Origin: an uncultured Thiothrix sp.
GTDB taxonomy: Bacteria; Pseudomonadota; Gammaproteobacteria; Poriferisulfidales; GCA-002705445
Assembly (NCBI GenBank): GCA_902595225.1
Contig: CACJPG010000001.1
Span: 149,161 to 213,160 of the forward strand
Direction: 5' to 3'
Length of the DNA: 64,000 nucleotides
Part shown: piece after piece, positions 53,084-63,340 of the stretch
Position numbering within the stretch: position 1 is the first letter of the stretch
How the letters are laid out: the number at the start of each line of letters is the position of its first letter
Notes under the pieces: generated by a model
Database searches by the model: none
Told to the model about the DNA's origin: nothing
The model's input: the letters and a program-made list of their open reading frames with translations, nothing else
Translations under genes and position numbers: made by a program

Positions 53084-54013
53084 TTACACCCTTTCAATTA
53101 ATTTTTCTCCAAACATTCCTTGAGGTCTAAATATTAAAAATATTAGTGCCATAAAGTAAGCAAACCAAAGCTCTATACCTTGTCCGCCAAAAACGTCTGC
53201 CAAATAAATTTCACCTAGCTTTTCACCAACACCAATAACAAGTCCGCCAACAATCGCTCCAGGTATAGATGTTAATCCACCGATTAATATTACAGGTAAA
53301 GCCTTCATAACTGCCTCTATAAGAGTAAAGGATACACTGACTCTCTCAGCCCAAAGTAATCCTGCAACAAGAGCAATTACTCCTGTAACGGCCCAAACAA
53401 CCGCCCAAACTGTTTGCAAAGGAATACCCACCGCCATAGCAGCCATATGATCATCAGACACTGCTCTTAAAGACAAACCTGTTTTTGTTTTTTGAAAGAA
53501 AAAAGCAAGAACAACAATTAGAGATCCAGCAACTAATGATGCAAAGATATCAAATTTTGGAATTAATATATCCAGCCATGGTATATGATCGGACATAAAT
53601 ATAGGGGCAGGATCTAATAAACCTATATCTAAAAACTTACTCATTTGTAAGCCATGAACATCTGAATCCCATACAAACTGTGAAAAGCCTTCTTGGAAAG
53701 TCGCCAAACCTACCGTAGCCATAAATAATGCTAATAAATCTTGGTTCGCTAAAGGTCTTATAACATACCTTTCTGTAGCAATACCAAAAATAACCATGAT
53801 TCCAGCTGCTATAAATAAAGAGGTCCAAAAGTCAATACCGTTTTCGGTCATTTTAACAAAGGTTAAAGAAGCAAATAACAGCATGGTACCTTGAGCAAAG
53901 TTGAATATGCCTGAAGATTTATATATTAAGACAAAACCAATCGCGACTAAGGAGTACATGACTCCTGACATTAAACCACCAACTAGTACCTCTATTAAAT
54001 ATACCCAATCCAT
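53084..54013 (-). CDS. livH: branched-chain-amino-acid-type ABC transporter permease
   Basis: 309 aa LivH-like permease. Confidence 0.85.
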   Translation of the reverse strand: MDWVYLIEVLVGGLMSGVMYSLVAIGFVLIYKSSGIFNFAQGTMLLFASLTFVKMTENGIDFWTSLFIAAGIMVIFGIATERYVIRPLANQDLLALFMATVGLATFQEGFSQFVWDSDVHGLQMSKFLDIGLLDPAPIFMSDHIPWLDILIPKFDIFASLVAGSLIVVLAFFFQKTKTGLSLRAVSDDHMAAMAVGIPLQTVWAVVWAVTGVIALVAGLLWAERVSVSFTLIEAVMKALPVILIGGLTSIPGAIVGGLVIGVGEKLGEIYLADVFGGQGIELWFAYFMALIFLIFRPQGMFGEKLIERV

Positions 54014-54029
54014 AAATCAATCTCCAATT

Positions 54030-54797
54030 CTAATGACTAACTCCTAAGTATGCGTCAATAACATCTTGATTTGACATAACTTCGCTCGGCGTTCCGTCTC
54101 CAATCTTTTTACCATAGTCTAATACTACCACATGATCAGAAATATCCATGACAACACCCATATCATGCTCAATCATAACAGTAGTAATTCCTTGTTCTTT
54201 ATTAATTTCTAATATGAAACATGACATATCAGCTTTTTCTTCTAAATTCATACCAGCCATTGGCTCATCAAGTAAAAGTATCTTTGGCTCAGCAACCAAA
54301 GCTCTTCCAAGCTCTACTCTTTTTTGCAATCCGTAAGGAAGCTTTGATACTGGAGTCTTTCTTATGGATTCAATCTGAAGAAATTTAATTACCTTTTCGA
54401 CTGCAAGTCTGTTCTCTTTTTCTTCTTTTCTTGCGCGACCAATATTTAACCCTTGTTCTAACCAACTAGATTTCATAAAAAGGTTTCTTCCTGTCATTAT
54501 ATTTTCTAAAACAGTCATCCCTTGAAATAATGCAATGTTTTGGAAGGTTCTAGCCATTCCAGCAATCGCGGCATCTCTTGGGTTAATTGTTCTTCTTTCA
54601 ACGCCATCATAAGTCACAGTACCAATTTGCGGTAAATAAACCCCATTTATGACATTAAGCATTGAGCTTTTACCTGCTCCGTTTGGGCCGATCACAGCAC
54701 ATATTTCTCCTTCTCGCACATTAAAACTAATGTCGGTAATCGCTTTTACTCCTCCGAAGGTCAGCGTAACATTTTCAACTTTTAATATGTCTGTCAT
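54030..54797 (-). CDS. livG: branched-chain-amino-acid-type ABC transporter ATP-binding protein
   Basis: GPNGAGKSS Walker A, LivG-like. Confidence 0.85.
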   Translation of the reverse strand: MTDILKVENVTLTFGGVKAITDISFNVREGEICAVIGPNGAGKSSMLNVINGVYLPQIGTVTYDGVERRTINPRDAAIAGMARTFQNIALFQGMTVLENIMTGRNLFMKSSWLEQGLNIGRARKEEKENRLAVEKVIKFLQIESIRKTPVSKLPYGLQKRVELGRALVAEPKILLLDEPMAGMNLEEKADMSCFILEINKEQGITTVMIEHDMGVVMDISDHVVVLDYGKKIGDGTPSEVMSNQDVIDAYLGVSH

Positions 54798-54816
54798 TTT
54801 TTATCCCAAATAAAAA

Positions 54817-56631
54817 TTATATTTCATTTACTTTTAAATCATAAGTTAACTGATCTATATCATTAACTGTAAATTTACTTTCATTTTTTTCAAATGCAGA
54901 AAAAACATCATTAAGATTTGTCGTGATATTTTTTCTCATAACCTCCATAGTTTTTGAAACTTCCCCAGCTGTCATAATCAGGGTTCTATGTAAAATTACG
55001 AATCTTTTAACTTTCAAATGATCATCTAACGTCTCATTCACGCACTTTATATGATCTTTTATTAAATCACGAACTTCTTCTTTTGCAGCAAGTTCAGCAT
55101 ACCCAGTATATCTTATATTTTTTCTATCAGCCCAAGAATTAACTGAGTTTGGATCAATTATAACAATCGCTGAATTTGAATCTTGATTCTCTCCAATAAT
55201 AACTGTTGATTTTATAAATGGAGAACAAGATACAAGATTTTCTATACTTTCTGGAGAAAACTTTTTTCCTGACTTAAGAGTTACAATGTCTTCAGTTCTA
55301 CCATCAATAATTACATTTCCTGAATTATCCATACTTCCAACGTACCCAGAGTTGACCCAACCATTGTCAACATTTGCTTCTCCACTTAAATTTTCTCCTA
55401 AACAATCAGTCTTAAAGAGTACTTCTGAATTTTCATTAACTTTTATTTCAGTACCAGACAAAGGTGCACCAACATTTTCTGAGGAAACAGAATGGTCAGG
55501 TTGCACCGAAATACAACCACAAGAAATTGCTTGACCAAATGAATGTTGAATTTCAACTCCAATGGCATGGAAGAAATCAAAGTTAACTTTGGATAATACA
55601 CCGTCGCTCACAAAAGCATGTTTGATATTTGTTAGGCCAAAAACATTTTTTGCAGGAGCAAAAGTAGTAAGCATGACCCAGACTTTTTGAATAGAGTCTA
55701 TTAGAGATTTGTTTCCTGAGACTTCTTTTTCGTAAATATTCATTAACTTCTTATAGTGATTCATATATCTATCATAATTTGACTGGGTTGCTGACTCAAT
55801 TCTGTAACTAATAGAAGTAATAATATGTTTGTAAACAAAGGATGGTGCATAAAGAATTGATGGCCCAATCTCTTGCAAATCTTTTTCAATAGTCTGGTTG
55901 CTTTCAGGTAAATTAAAAGACATGCCGCAAACTAATGAAGTAATATATGTAAATAATAAATTTGTTGGAATTGAAAGAGGAAGGTAAGAAACTATAGAAT
56001 CATTTTGCGAAAGTTTATTTAGCTCAGAAATCTTTGTGCTATTTTTTATAATCGCTTCATGCGAGACTTTATAAATTTTATCTTCATGCTCATCAAATAA
56101 GTAAAAAGCAACTTCATTATCTGATAGGCCCGAAATCATGCTATCTATACTTTCATTTTTTGCTTCAGATACAAGGTTATCATAAGAATTTAATTTACTG
56201 TTATCATAGGTCGCCATACCCCTTCCATCTAAATAAACTATTTTTTTAACATTACATTCTGACTCAACCTTTAAAAAAGTATCAACTTGCTGCTGATCTT
56301 CTGCTATGAGAATTTCAGCATTGGAATTATTAAGTATTGTTTTTAGTTCTCCTTCTGTTGATTCTGGATGGATTAGCGCTACTATGCCTCCAAGTGTCTG
56401 CACTGCTGCTATAGAAAAAATTAACTTGGGTACATTGTTTCCGTAAACCGCTACAACTGTCCCTTTACTCACGGATAGGGATTTATTATAAGCATCGACC
56501 AGAACAGATACTTCATTATAATAATCGTTCCAAGTATAAGTATTCCAGATACCAAGTTGCTTATATCTCAATGCTACAGCATCAGGACTCTTTTGCTTAT
56601 TTGATAGTACTAACCCAGGGATAGTTGCCAT
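54817..56631 (-). CDS. AMP-binding (acyl-CoA synthetase-like) fold protein with degenerate adenylation motifs, first gene of the liv-type ABC operon
   Basis: 604 aa with ANL-superfamily architecture. The phosphate-binding motif position reads FDEHEDKIYKVSHEA instead of T[SG]GTTGxPKG. The GWLHTGD region reads GWVNSGYVG, with no Asp. Confidence 0.7.
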   Translation of the reverse strand: MATIPGLVLSNKQKSPDAVALRYKQLGIWNTYTWNDYYNEVSVLVDAYNKSLSVSKGTVVAVYGNNVPKLIFSIAAVQTLGGIVALIHPESTEGELKTILNNSNAEILIAEDQQQVDTFLKVESECNVKKIVYLDGRGMATYDNSKLNSYDNLVSEAKNESIDSMISGLSDNEVAFYLFDEHEDKIYKVSHEAIIKNSTKISELNKLSQNDSIVSYLPLSIPTNLLFTYITSLVCGMSFNLPESNQTIEKDLQEIGPSILYAPSFVYKHIITSISYRIESATQSNYDRYMNHYKKLMNIYEKEVSGNKSLIDSIQKVWVMLTTFAPAKNVFGLTNIKHAFVSDGVLSKVNFDFFHAIGVEIQHSFGQAISCGCISVQPDHSVSSENVGAPLSGTEIKVNENSEVLFKTDCLGENLSGEANVDNGWVNSGYVGSMDNSGNVIIDGRTEDIVTLKSGKKFSPESIENLVSCSPFIKSTVIIGENQDSNSAIVIIDPNSVNSWADRKNIRYTGYAELAAKEEVRDLIKDHIKCVNETLDDHLKVKRFVILHRTLIMTAGEVSKTMEVMRKNITTNLNDVFSAFEKNESKFTVNDIDQLTYDLKVNEI

Positions 56632-56744
56632 TTAACTTATTCTCTCAATCTTTTTTTTATTATATTGATTTTTAACGATTTTTTTCGTTATTTATTATTA
56701 TTATTTATAACTAGATGCTGAATATAATAAACATCTATTAAGTT

Positions 56745-56757
56745 GTGTAAATTACAC
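56745..56757. promoter_or_regulatory. candidate operator: perfect 6-1-6 palindrome GTGTAA-A-TTACAC in a divergent promoter region
   Basis: Read from sequence between the acyl-CoA-synthetase-like/liv operon and the SLT gene. Confidence 0.2.
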
Positions 56758-56862
56758 CAATGTTGCCTTTCTTACAAGGTATATATATCTAATAATTAAT
56801 ATATATAAAAGCTATATAAGTATATTATAATGTGTTTATTAATTTGAAAAACACAACATATA

Positions 56863-57708
56863 GTGGTAATGTATACATCCAAGTACTACGAAATTAGAGA
56901 GAAATTGACTATTACTTGTAAAGCAAAGAAACGATCCAGCATTCCAAACATATATATTATTTCTTATATATTACCAGTGCTCTGCACTTTTGGTTTCACC
57001 GGAAGCAATTCTGTTAAGTCAAATGAGGTTCCTCTAATAACAAGCTTCCATCAGTGTCATGTTAAAAAAGATATGTACTTATCACTCTACGAAAACAAAG
57101 CTTTGAATAAGGTAGAAAGAAATATATTTGAAAGAAAAATGAATAAACAGCTTCCAAAATATATTGACTATTTTAAAAAACACACAAGAAACTCAATATT
57201 TTCTTGGCAACTAATTGCCGCTTTATCCTACCAAGAATCTCACTGGAACCATGAAGCAGTTTCAAAAACTCAAGTTAAAGGGTTAATGATGCTAACAAAG
57301 AATACTGCAAACTACATCGGAGTAAAAAATAGACTTGATCCAAATGAAAGTGTTTATGGAGGAGTAAAATACTTAGAAAACTTGTTCAATAGATTACCAA
57401 AAAGCATTGTTGGTTCGGATAGAATTTGGATGGCTTTAGCTGCATACAATGTAGGACTTGGGCATTTAGAAGATGCTAGGATAATTACACAAAGATTTGG
57501 TGGGAATCCAAATTATTGGTCAGATGTAAAAAAATATTTACCCCTACTTTCAAAGAAAAAATATTACAAAAAAACCAAATATGGATATGCAAGAGGTAAT
57601 GAGCCAGTCATATATGTTGAAAGAATCAAGACTTATCTTGATATAATTTACGAAAAGAATACATTATATTTAGCCTCGCTTTCTTTGAAAAAAGTTTTTA
57701 ATTATTGA
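56863..57708 (+). CDS. lytic transglycosylase (SLT domain), probably lipoprotein/membrane-bound
   Basis: SLT catalytic region LSYQESHWNHEAVS ... AYNVG. True start may be an internal Met. Confidence 0.8.
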   Translation: MVMYTSKYYEIREKLTITCKAKKRSSIPNIYIISYILPVLCTFGFTGSNSVKSNEVPLITSFHQCHVKKDMYLSLYENKALNKVERNIFERKMNKQLPKYIDYFKKHTRNSIFSWQLIAALSYQESHWNHEAVSKTQVKGLMMLTKNTANYIGVKNRLDPNESVYGGVKYLENLFNRLPKSIVGSDRIWMALAAYNVGLGHLEDARIITQRFGGNPNYWSDVKKYLPLLSKKKYYKKTKYGYARGNEPVIYVERIKTYLDIIYEKNTLYLASLSLKKVFNY

Positions 57709-58122
57709 TGAACATTCTTTTTCGAGAATGCCTCCAGTGAATTTTGGAAGATGGTCAATATAATTATTTCTTTTATAAAATTTAATTTTATTTGAAAAAT
57801 TTTCTTTATTGGTTGCATACGCTCCAAAGAAAACTTTTTCAATTCTCGCCTCGCAAATAGCACCTATACACATTATACAAGGCTCCAGCGTTGTGTATAA
57901 AATGTAATTTTTCAGCCTATAGTTATTTTCTTCGTTACATGCACTTCTTATTACATTAATTTCAGCATGTGCAGTTGGATCTTTTTTTTCAACTGGCGAA
58001 TTATGCGATTCAAATAATATTTTATTTTCGAAAACTAATATTGCTCCCACAGGAACTTCATCTTTCTTCTCTGAAAGCTTTGCTAGAGAAATACATTTTT
58101 CCATATATGATTCTTCATTCAT
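57670..58122 (-). CDS. tadA: tRNA adenosine(34) deaminase
   Basis: HAEINVIRSA ... LEPCIMCIGAI zinc motifs. Confidence 0.9.
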   Translation of the reverse strand: MNEESYMEKCISLAKLSEKKDEVPVGAILVFENKILFESHNSPVEKKDPTAHAEINVIRSACNEENNYRLKNYILYTTLEPCIMCIGAICEARIEKVFFGAYATNKENFSNKIKFYKRNNYIDHLPKFTGGILEKECSSIIKNFFQRKRG

Positions 58123-58205
58123 CTATTATTTGATAGCTAGTTGTTATATTATTTGATTTCAATTCAGTATTAATTTTATTTAATAAACTTTCAAGAGGAA
58201 ATATT

Positions 58206-58754
58206 ATGAGCGATAGAATAGTTATGAGGGTAGCAGAATCACTTGTTGCTGGTGGCCCTCCAGGTACAGCAGCGGAGCCTGAAATAGTGATCGGAGAATT
58301 AGATGGTCCAGTTGGAACAGCATTTGCAACCCTTCTAGGCGATCAAGTTAAGGGGCATTCTCGAGTTCTAGCAATAATGAATACTGATATCATGGTGAAG
58401 CCTGCAACCTTAATGGTCAGTAAAGTAACAGTAAAAAATGAAAGATATACAAATATACTCATGGGTACAGTTCAAGGAGCAATAGCTAATGGCGTGCTTG
58501 ATGCCGTTCGAAATGGAGATATCCCTAAAGAAAAGGCAAATGATCTAGGAATTATTGTATCAGTTTGGTTAAATCCATCTGTTATCAAAGATGATAATTT
58601 AGATCATAAGATACTATTTGATATTCATAGGAAGGCAACTGCACAAGCTATTGCAAAAGCAATGAAAAACGAACCAGATATTGATTGGCTACTTGATAAT
58701 CAAGAAAGTATTATTCATAAATATTATCAAATGGGTCTTGACGGAAAAATATAA
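58206..58754 (+). CDS. fae: formaldehyde-activating enzyme (Fae) family protein
   Basis: Clear alignment to Methylobacterium Fae (IGPRGSPAETAF...KPNTLMFNKVTIN versus IGELDGPVGTAF...KPATLMVSKVTVKN), 182 aa. Confidence 0.8.
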   Translation: MSDRIVMRVAESLVAGGPPGTAAEPEIVIGELDGPVGTAFATLLGDQVKGHSRVLAIMNTDIMVKPATLMVSKVTVKNERYTNILMGTVQGAIANGVLDAVRNGDIPKEKANDLGIIVSVWLNPSVIKDDNLDHKILFDIHRKATAQAIAKAMKNEPDIDWLLDNQESIIHKYYQMGLDGKI

Positions 58755-58762
58755 AACTAAAC

Positions 58763-60229
58763 TTAATTGATGAAAATTTTAGGGATAGAATAAATTTCGT
58801 AACTAAAAAAATATTTCAAAAGTAAATAAGAAACTATTGTTACTAAGAATATTGAAATTATATTTAGTATAACACCTGCTTTCGCCATATTTTTTATCGA
58901 TATCTTTCCACTGCCAAATATTACGGCATTAGGAGGAGTAGCTACTGGCAGCATAAAAGCACAACTTGCTGCTATAGTACATGGAATTGCAAAGAAAAGC
59001 GGATTTACATTTATTCCAATAGAAAAAGCTATTAGTATTGGTGCAAAAGTTGCAATGGTTGCTGTATTTGAATTTAATTCTGTTAAAAAAATTATTAAAG
59101 TAACAAAAATAATAATAAGTAAAAAAATATTATATCCGTCAAAAAAAGAAGAAAAACTTGCTATCCAGTTAGCTAAGCCAGTTATGTTAAATGCTTTAGA
59201 AAGAGCAATACCACCACCAACTAATAATAAAACACCCCATGGAATTTTGCTTGCAGTTTCCCAGCTGCATGCCCTTTTATTCTTTTTAATTGGAATTATA
59301 AATAAAAGGAGCGCTCCAAATAATCCGATAGAAGTATCATTAATATTTAAGTCAAAATTATTATTAATAAATCTTCTTAAAATCCATAACAAAGCTGTTA
59401 ATAAAAATACTATAGCAACAATTTTTTCTGCAAAAGAAGATTTTCCAATATCTTTCTTAAGATCGCTTAATGTTACTTGTAGGGCATTTGATTTATTTTT
59501 CGATAACTTAAAAATTATGTTCGTTAAAAAAAACCATACTACAGGTAATAAAATTAAGGTTATTGGAAAACCAATCTTAAACCAATCAAAAAAACCTATA
59601 TTATAGTTATAATTATCACTTAGTATACTTGCAAGCATCACATTTGTGGGTGTGCCAATCAAAGTTGCTATCCCTCCAATAGATGCCGAATATGCTATTG
59701 CTAATAATAATGGTATTGTTAAATCATTCTCATTAGATTGCTTTTGGCTAGAAAATATTGCTATTACTGAAGTCGCAATTGGTAACATCATTATTGTAGA
59801 TGCTGTGTTGCTAACCCACATGCTAATCAATGCAGTTGTAATCATAAAACCAGCAATAATCATTGCTGGGCTTGTACCAGAGAAAGATAGTATGTTGATG
59901 GCGATTCTTTTGTGAAGACCGCATGATTCCATAGCTGAAGCAATTATAAACCCGCCAAGAAAAAGAAGAACTAATGGGTGTGCATACGAGCTTGAGATAT
60001 CTTGAATATCAAAGATATTAAAAAGCGGAAAAAGAACAATTGGAATTAAGCCAGTTACATAAATCGGTACTGCCTCTGTAACCCACCAGATAGTCATCAA
60101 TATTGCAATTCCAGCAGTTATCCAACCAGCATGACTTAAATCATTTGGGGGGCTAATGAAAATAAATAATATTAAAATTATAATACCTGTGAATAAACCA
60201 TATAACGATACTATTTCCCTATTAAACAT
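58763..60229 (-). CDS. SLC13/DASS-family divalent anion:Na+ symporter
   Basis: 488 aa, two inverted-repeat halves with hairpin-loop motifs typical of the DASS/CitT family. Confidence 0.75.
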   Translation of the reverse strand: MFNREIVSLYGLFTGIIILILFIFISPPNDLSHAGWITAGIAILMTIWWVTEAVPIYVTGLIPIVLFPLFNIFDIQDISSSYAHPLVLLFLGGFIIASAMESCGLHKRIAINILSFSGTSPAMIIAGFMITTALISMWVSNTASTIMMLPIATSVIAIFSSQKQSNENDLTIPLLLAIAYSASIGGIATLIGTPTNVMLASILSDNYNYNIGFFDWFKIGFPITLILLPVVWFFLTNIIFKLSKNKSNALQVTLSDLKKDIGKSSFAEKIVAIVFLLTALLWILRRFINNNFDLNINDTSIGLFGALLLFIIPIKKNKRACSWETASKIPWGVLLLVGGGIALSKAFNITGLANWIASFSSFFDGYNIFLLIIIFVTLIIFLTELNSNTATIATFAPILIAFSIGINVNPLFFAIPCTIAASCAFMLPVATPPNAVIFGSGKISIKNMAKAGVILNIISIFLVTIVSYLLLKYFFSYEIYSIPKIFIN

Positions 60230-60250
60230 ATTTTCACAAAAAAGTTTTTA

Positions 60251-61789
60251 TTATTCCCACTCTATAGTTGCAGGTGGCTTCGATGATATATCTAAACAAA
60301 CTCGAGATATTCCAGGAACTTCATTAATTATTTTAGTTGATACTTCCTCTAAAAAATCAAATGGAAAATCAAAAGGCTTCGCGGTCATAAAATCAATTGT
60401 TTTTACTGCTCTTAGAGAGAGAACATTCCCATAGGATCTTCCGTCGCCTGTAACCCCAACAGATTTAATCGGCATAAAAACAGTAAATGCTTGTGATATT
60501 TTATTATACATATTGTATTCATGAAGCATTTTTATAAAAATATTATCAGCTTCTCTTAAAATATCTGCATATTCTTTTTTTACTTCACCCAATATTCTAA
60601 CTGCTAAACCAGGCCCTGGAAAAGGATGCCTATTAATTAGAGTGCTCTTAATACCTAGCTCAATACCTAATTTCCTAACCTCATCTTTAAACAGCTCTCT
60701 AAGTGGTTCAATCAAATCCAAATTCATTTCTTTAGGTAAGCCTCCTACGTTATGATGTGATTTAATTAAATGAGCATTTTCAGATGAAGCAGCTGATTCT
60801 ATAACATCTGGATAAATTGTACCTTGTGCCAGCCACTTTACATTTTCAATTTTCTTAGCTTCATCTTGAAAAACATCTACAAACGTTTTTCCAATAATCT
60901 TTCTTTTTTCTTCAGGCTCGGTTATGCCTTCTAGTCTCTTCATAAACAATTTTGAGGCGTCCACATAGTGTATTTTTATTTTTTCAAAATCTTTAAAACT
61001 TTCTTTTACTTGATCTCTTTCGTTTAGTCTTAGAAGTCCATTATCAACGAAAATACAGGTGAGTTGATTTGAAATTGCCTTGTGTAATATCGCAGCAGAA
61101 ACAGAAGAATCCACGCCCCCAGATAAACCGAGTATTACGTTATCACCCCCAACTTTATTTTTGATTTTCGAAATTTGCTTAATAATTATATTTTTAGTTG
61201 TCCACTGGCTTCTAGAATTACAAATTTTATTTACAAAATTAGAAATAATTTTTCCGTCATCAAGTGTGTGTGTTACCTCTGGATGAAATTGAATACCATA
61301 TATCTCTTTGTTATTAACTTTAATTGCTGACAGAGATTTATTATTTGTTGACGCAATAATTTTAAAATTATCAGAAACTTCAGTAACGCTATCCCCATGC
61401 GACATCCAAACTTCTAATGAATCACTTAAACCATCAAATATCTTTCCTTTACTATGAATATCTAATTTTGCTTTTCCATATTCCCTTGAAGATGACTGTT
61501 CTAAAACTCCTCCAAATTTTTTACAAATTAGTTGCATTCCAAAGCATATGCCTAAGACTGGGACATCCAATTCAAAGAGATGATCGTTAAGATCATGTTT
61601 ATTGTCATTAATTGTTGAATTGGGGCCTCCAGATAAAACAACGCCTATTATATTTTCAGAATCTTTTAAATTATTTAAATATGCTGGAGTTACTACCTCG
61701 CAGTAAGTTTTATTTTCTCTTATTCTTCTTGCTATTAATTGTGTATATTGTGATCCGTAATCGATAATTAAGATTTTCTGTTCTTGCAT
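60251..61789 (-). CDS. guaA: GMP synthase (glutamine-hydrolysing)
   Basis: GATase-1 domain (GICFGMQL) plus ATP-PPase SGGVDSSV motif. Confidence 0.95.
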   Translation of the reverse strand: MQEQKILIIDYGSQYTQLIARRIRENKTYCEVVTPAYLNNLKDSENIIGVVLSGGPNSTINDNKHDLNDHLFELDVPVLGICFGMQLICKKFGGVLEQSSSREYGKAKLDIHSKGKIFDGLSDSLEVWMSHGDSVTEVSDNFKIIASTNNKSLSAIKVNNKEIYGIQFHPEVTHTLDDGKIISNFVNKICNSRSQWTTKNIIIKQISKIKNKVGGDNVILGLSGGVDSSVSAAILHKAISNQLTCIFVDNGLLRLNERDQVKESFKDFEKIKIHYVDASKLFMKRLEGITEPEEKRKIIGKTFVDVFQDEAKKIENVKWLAQGTIYPDVIESAASSENAHLIKSHHNVGGLPKEMNLDLIEPLRELFKDEVRKLGIELGIKSTLINRHPFPGPGLAVRILGEVKKEYADILREADNIFIKMLHEYNMYNKISQAFTVFMPIKSVGVTGDGRSYGNVLSLRAVKTIDFMTAKPFDFPFDFLEEVSTKIINEVPGISRVCLDISSKPPATIEWE

Positions 61790-63255
61790 TATTTGTCAAT
61801 TTGGTAATTTGGAGCTTCTTTTGTGATCATTACATCATGCACATGACTTTCTTTCATACCAGCATTTGTAATTTTTACAAATTTTGCTTTTGTATGTAAT
61901 TCTTTTATATTTGAACAACCTAAATAGCCCATACTTGATCGGATACCACCAAGTAGCTGATGTAAAATATTCGCAAGCCCTCCTTTATATGGAACTCTCC
62001 CTTCAATACCTTCAGGAACAAATTTATCAGATGTAGTCTCATTACCTTGAAAATACCTTTCACTCGAACCGCTTTTCATCGCTCCAATGGATCCCATGCC
62101 TCGATAGTTTTTATATGTTCTTCCTTGATAAAGCTCTATTTCTCCAGGAGCTTCTGTAGTTCCTGCAAATAAACTCCCAAGCATAACTGAATCTGCTCCT
62201 GCTGCTAAAGCTTTTGATATGTCACCTGAAAAACGAATTCCGCCATCCGCAATAACTTTGACTGTTGTTCCCCTAACTGCACTTGCAGCTTCAGAAATTG
62301 CAGTTATTTGAGGCACTCCAACCCCAGCTACAATTCTTGTTGTGCAAATTGAACCAGGGCCAATTCCAACTTTGATGGCATCAACGCCAGCTTTAACCAA
62401 TGCTTTTGCGGCCTCTTTAGTTGCTATATTCCCAGCAATTAACTGTAATTTTGGATATTGTTTTCTAATTGATTTAATTGCATCAATAACCATTTTTGAA
62501 TGACCATGAGCGGTATCAACTACAATTACATCAGTCTCAGCATTCGTAAGTTTTTTTAATCTATCTTGCATGTCCTTACCGACTCCAATAGCTGCTCCAA
62601 CTCTTAATCTTTCTAGTCCATCTTTGCAAGCGTTAGGAAAGTCTTTAGATTTTTGTAAATCTTTAACCGTAATCATTCCTTTTAATTGGAATTTTGAGTT
62701 GATAACAAGTATTTTTTCAATTCTATATTCGTGAAAAAGCTTCTTTACTTTCTCTCTTGAGGCGCCTTCTTGAACAGTAACTAGTCTCTCTTTTGGGGTC
62801 ATGATTGTCGATACTTTTGGGTTTACTTTTTTAACAAATCTTAAGTCTCTAGAAGTAACAATCCCTACTAAATTTTTTCCTTCAACTACTGGGACACCTG
62901 AAATTTTATGTTTTGATGTTAGCTCAATTACCTCTTTTATTGAGCAATCAGGAGAGGTAACAACTGGATTCGTAATAACTCCGCTTTCATATTTTTTAAC
63001 TTTTAGAACCTCATTTGCTTGATCTTGTGGTGATAGATTTTTATGAATTATTCCAATGCCACCCTCTTGCGCAATAGAAATAGCTAACTCTGATTCTGTT
63101 ACTGTATCCATAGCTGCTGATACTAAAGGCATATTAAGTTGAATTTTAGAAGTTAAAGAAGTTTTTAAAGAGGTTTCAGATGGCAAAACATTCGAGCTAT
63201 TGGGCACAAGAAGTACGTCGTCAAATGTTAGAGCTTCTTGAATAACTTTTAACAT
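61789..63255 (-). CDS. guaB: IMP dehydrogenase
   Basis: TIM barrel with a CBS pair, catalytic [11 protein letters not shown] loop. Confidence 0.95.
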   Translation of the reverse strand: MLKVIQEALTFDDVLLVPNSSNVLPSETSLKTSLTSKIQLNMPLVSAAMDTVTESELAISIAQEGGIGIIHKNLSPQDQANEVLKVKKYESGVITNPVVTSPDCSIKEVIELTSKHKISGVPVVEGKNLVGIVTSRDLRFVKKVNPKVSTIMTPKERLVTVQEGASREKVKKLFHEYRIEKILVINSKFQLKGMITVKDLQKSKDFPNACKDGLERLRVGAAIGVGKDMQDRLKKLTNAETDVIVVDTAHGHSKMVIDAIKSIRKQYPKLQLIAGNIATKEAAKALVKAGVDAIKVGIGPGSICTTRIVAGVGVPQITAISEAASAVRGTTVKVIADGGIRFSGDISKALAAGADSVMLGSLFAGTTEAPGEIELYQGRTYKNYRGMGSIGAMKSGSSERYFQGNETTSDKFVPEGIEGRVPYKGGLANILHQLLGGIRSSMGYLGCSNIKELHTKAKFVKITNAGMKESHVHDVMITKEAPNYQIDK

Positions 63256-63340
63256 ATATACCTCTCTACAAAAAGCTATTATAAATTTTATTTTGAAAAA
63301 GTAAACAAAAGACTCTAAATTTTGTGTATTCTATATATAT

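Noticed and set aside
59055-59606. 183-aa ORF antisense to the DASS transporter gene
   Set aside because: It lies entirely within a confidently identified polytopic transporter. The K/I/N-rich low-complexity translation is typical of antisense frames in AT-rich membrane-protein genes, and there is no start or SD context.
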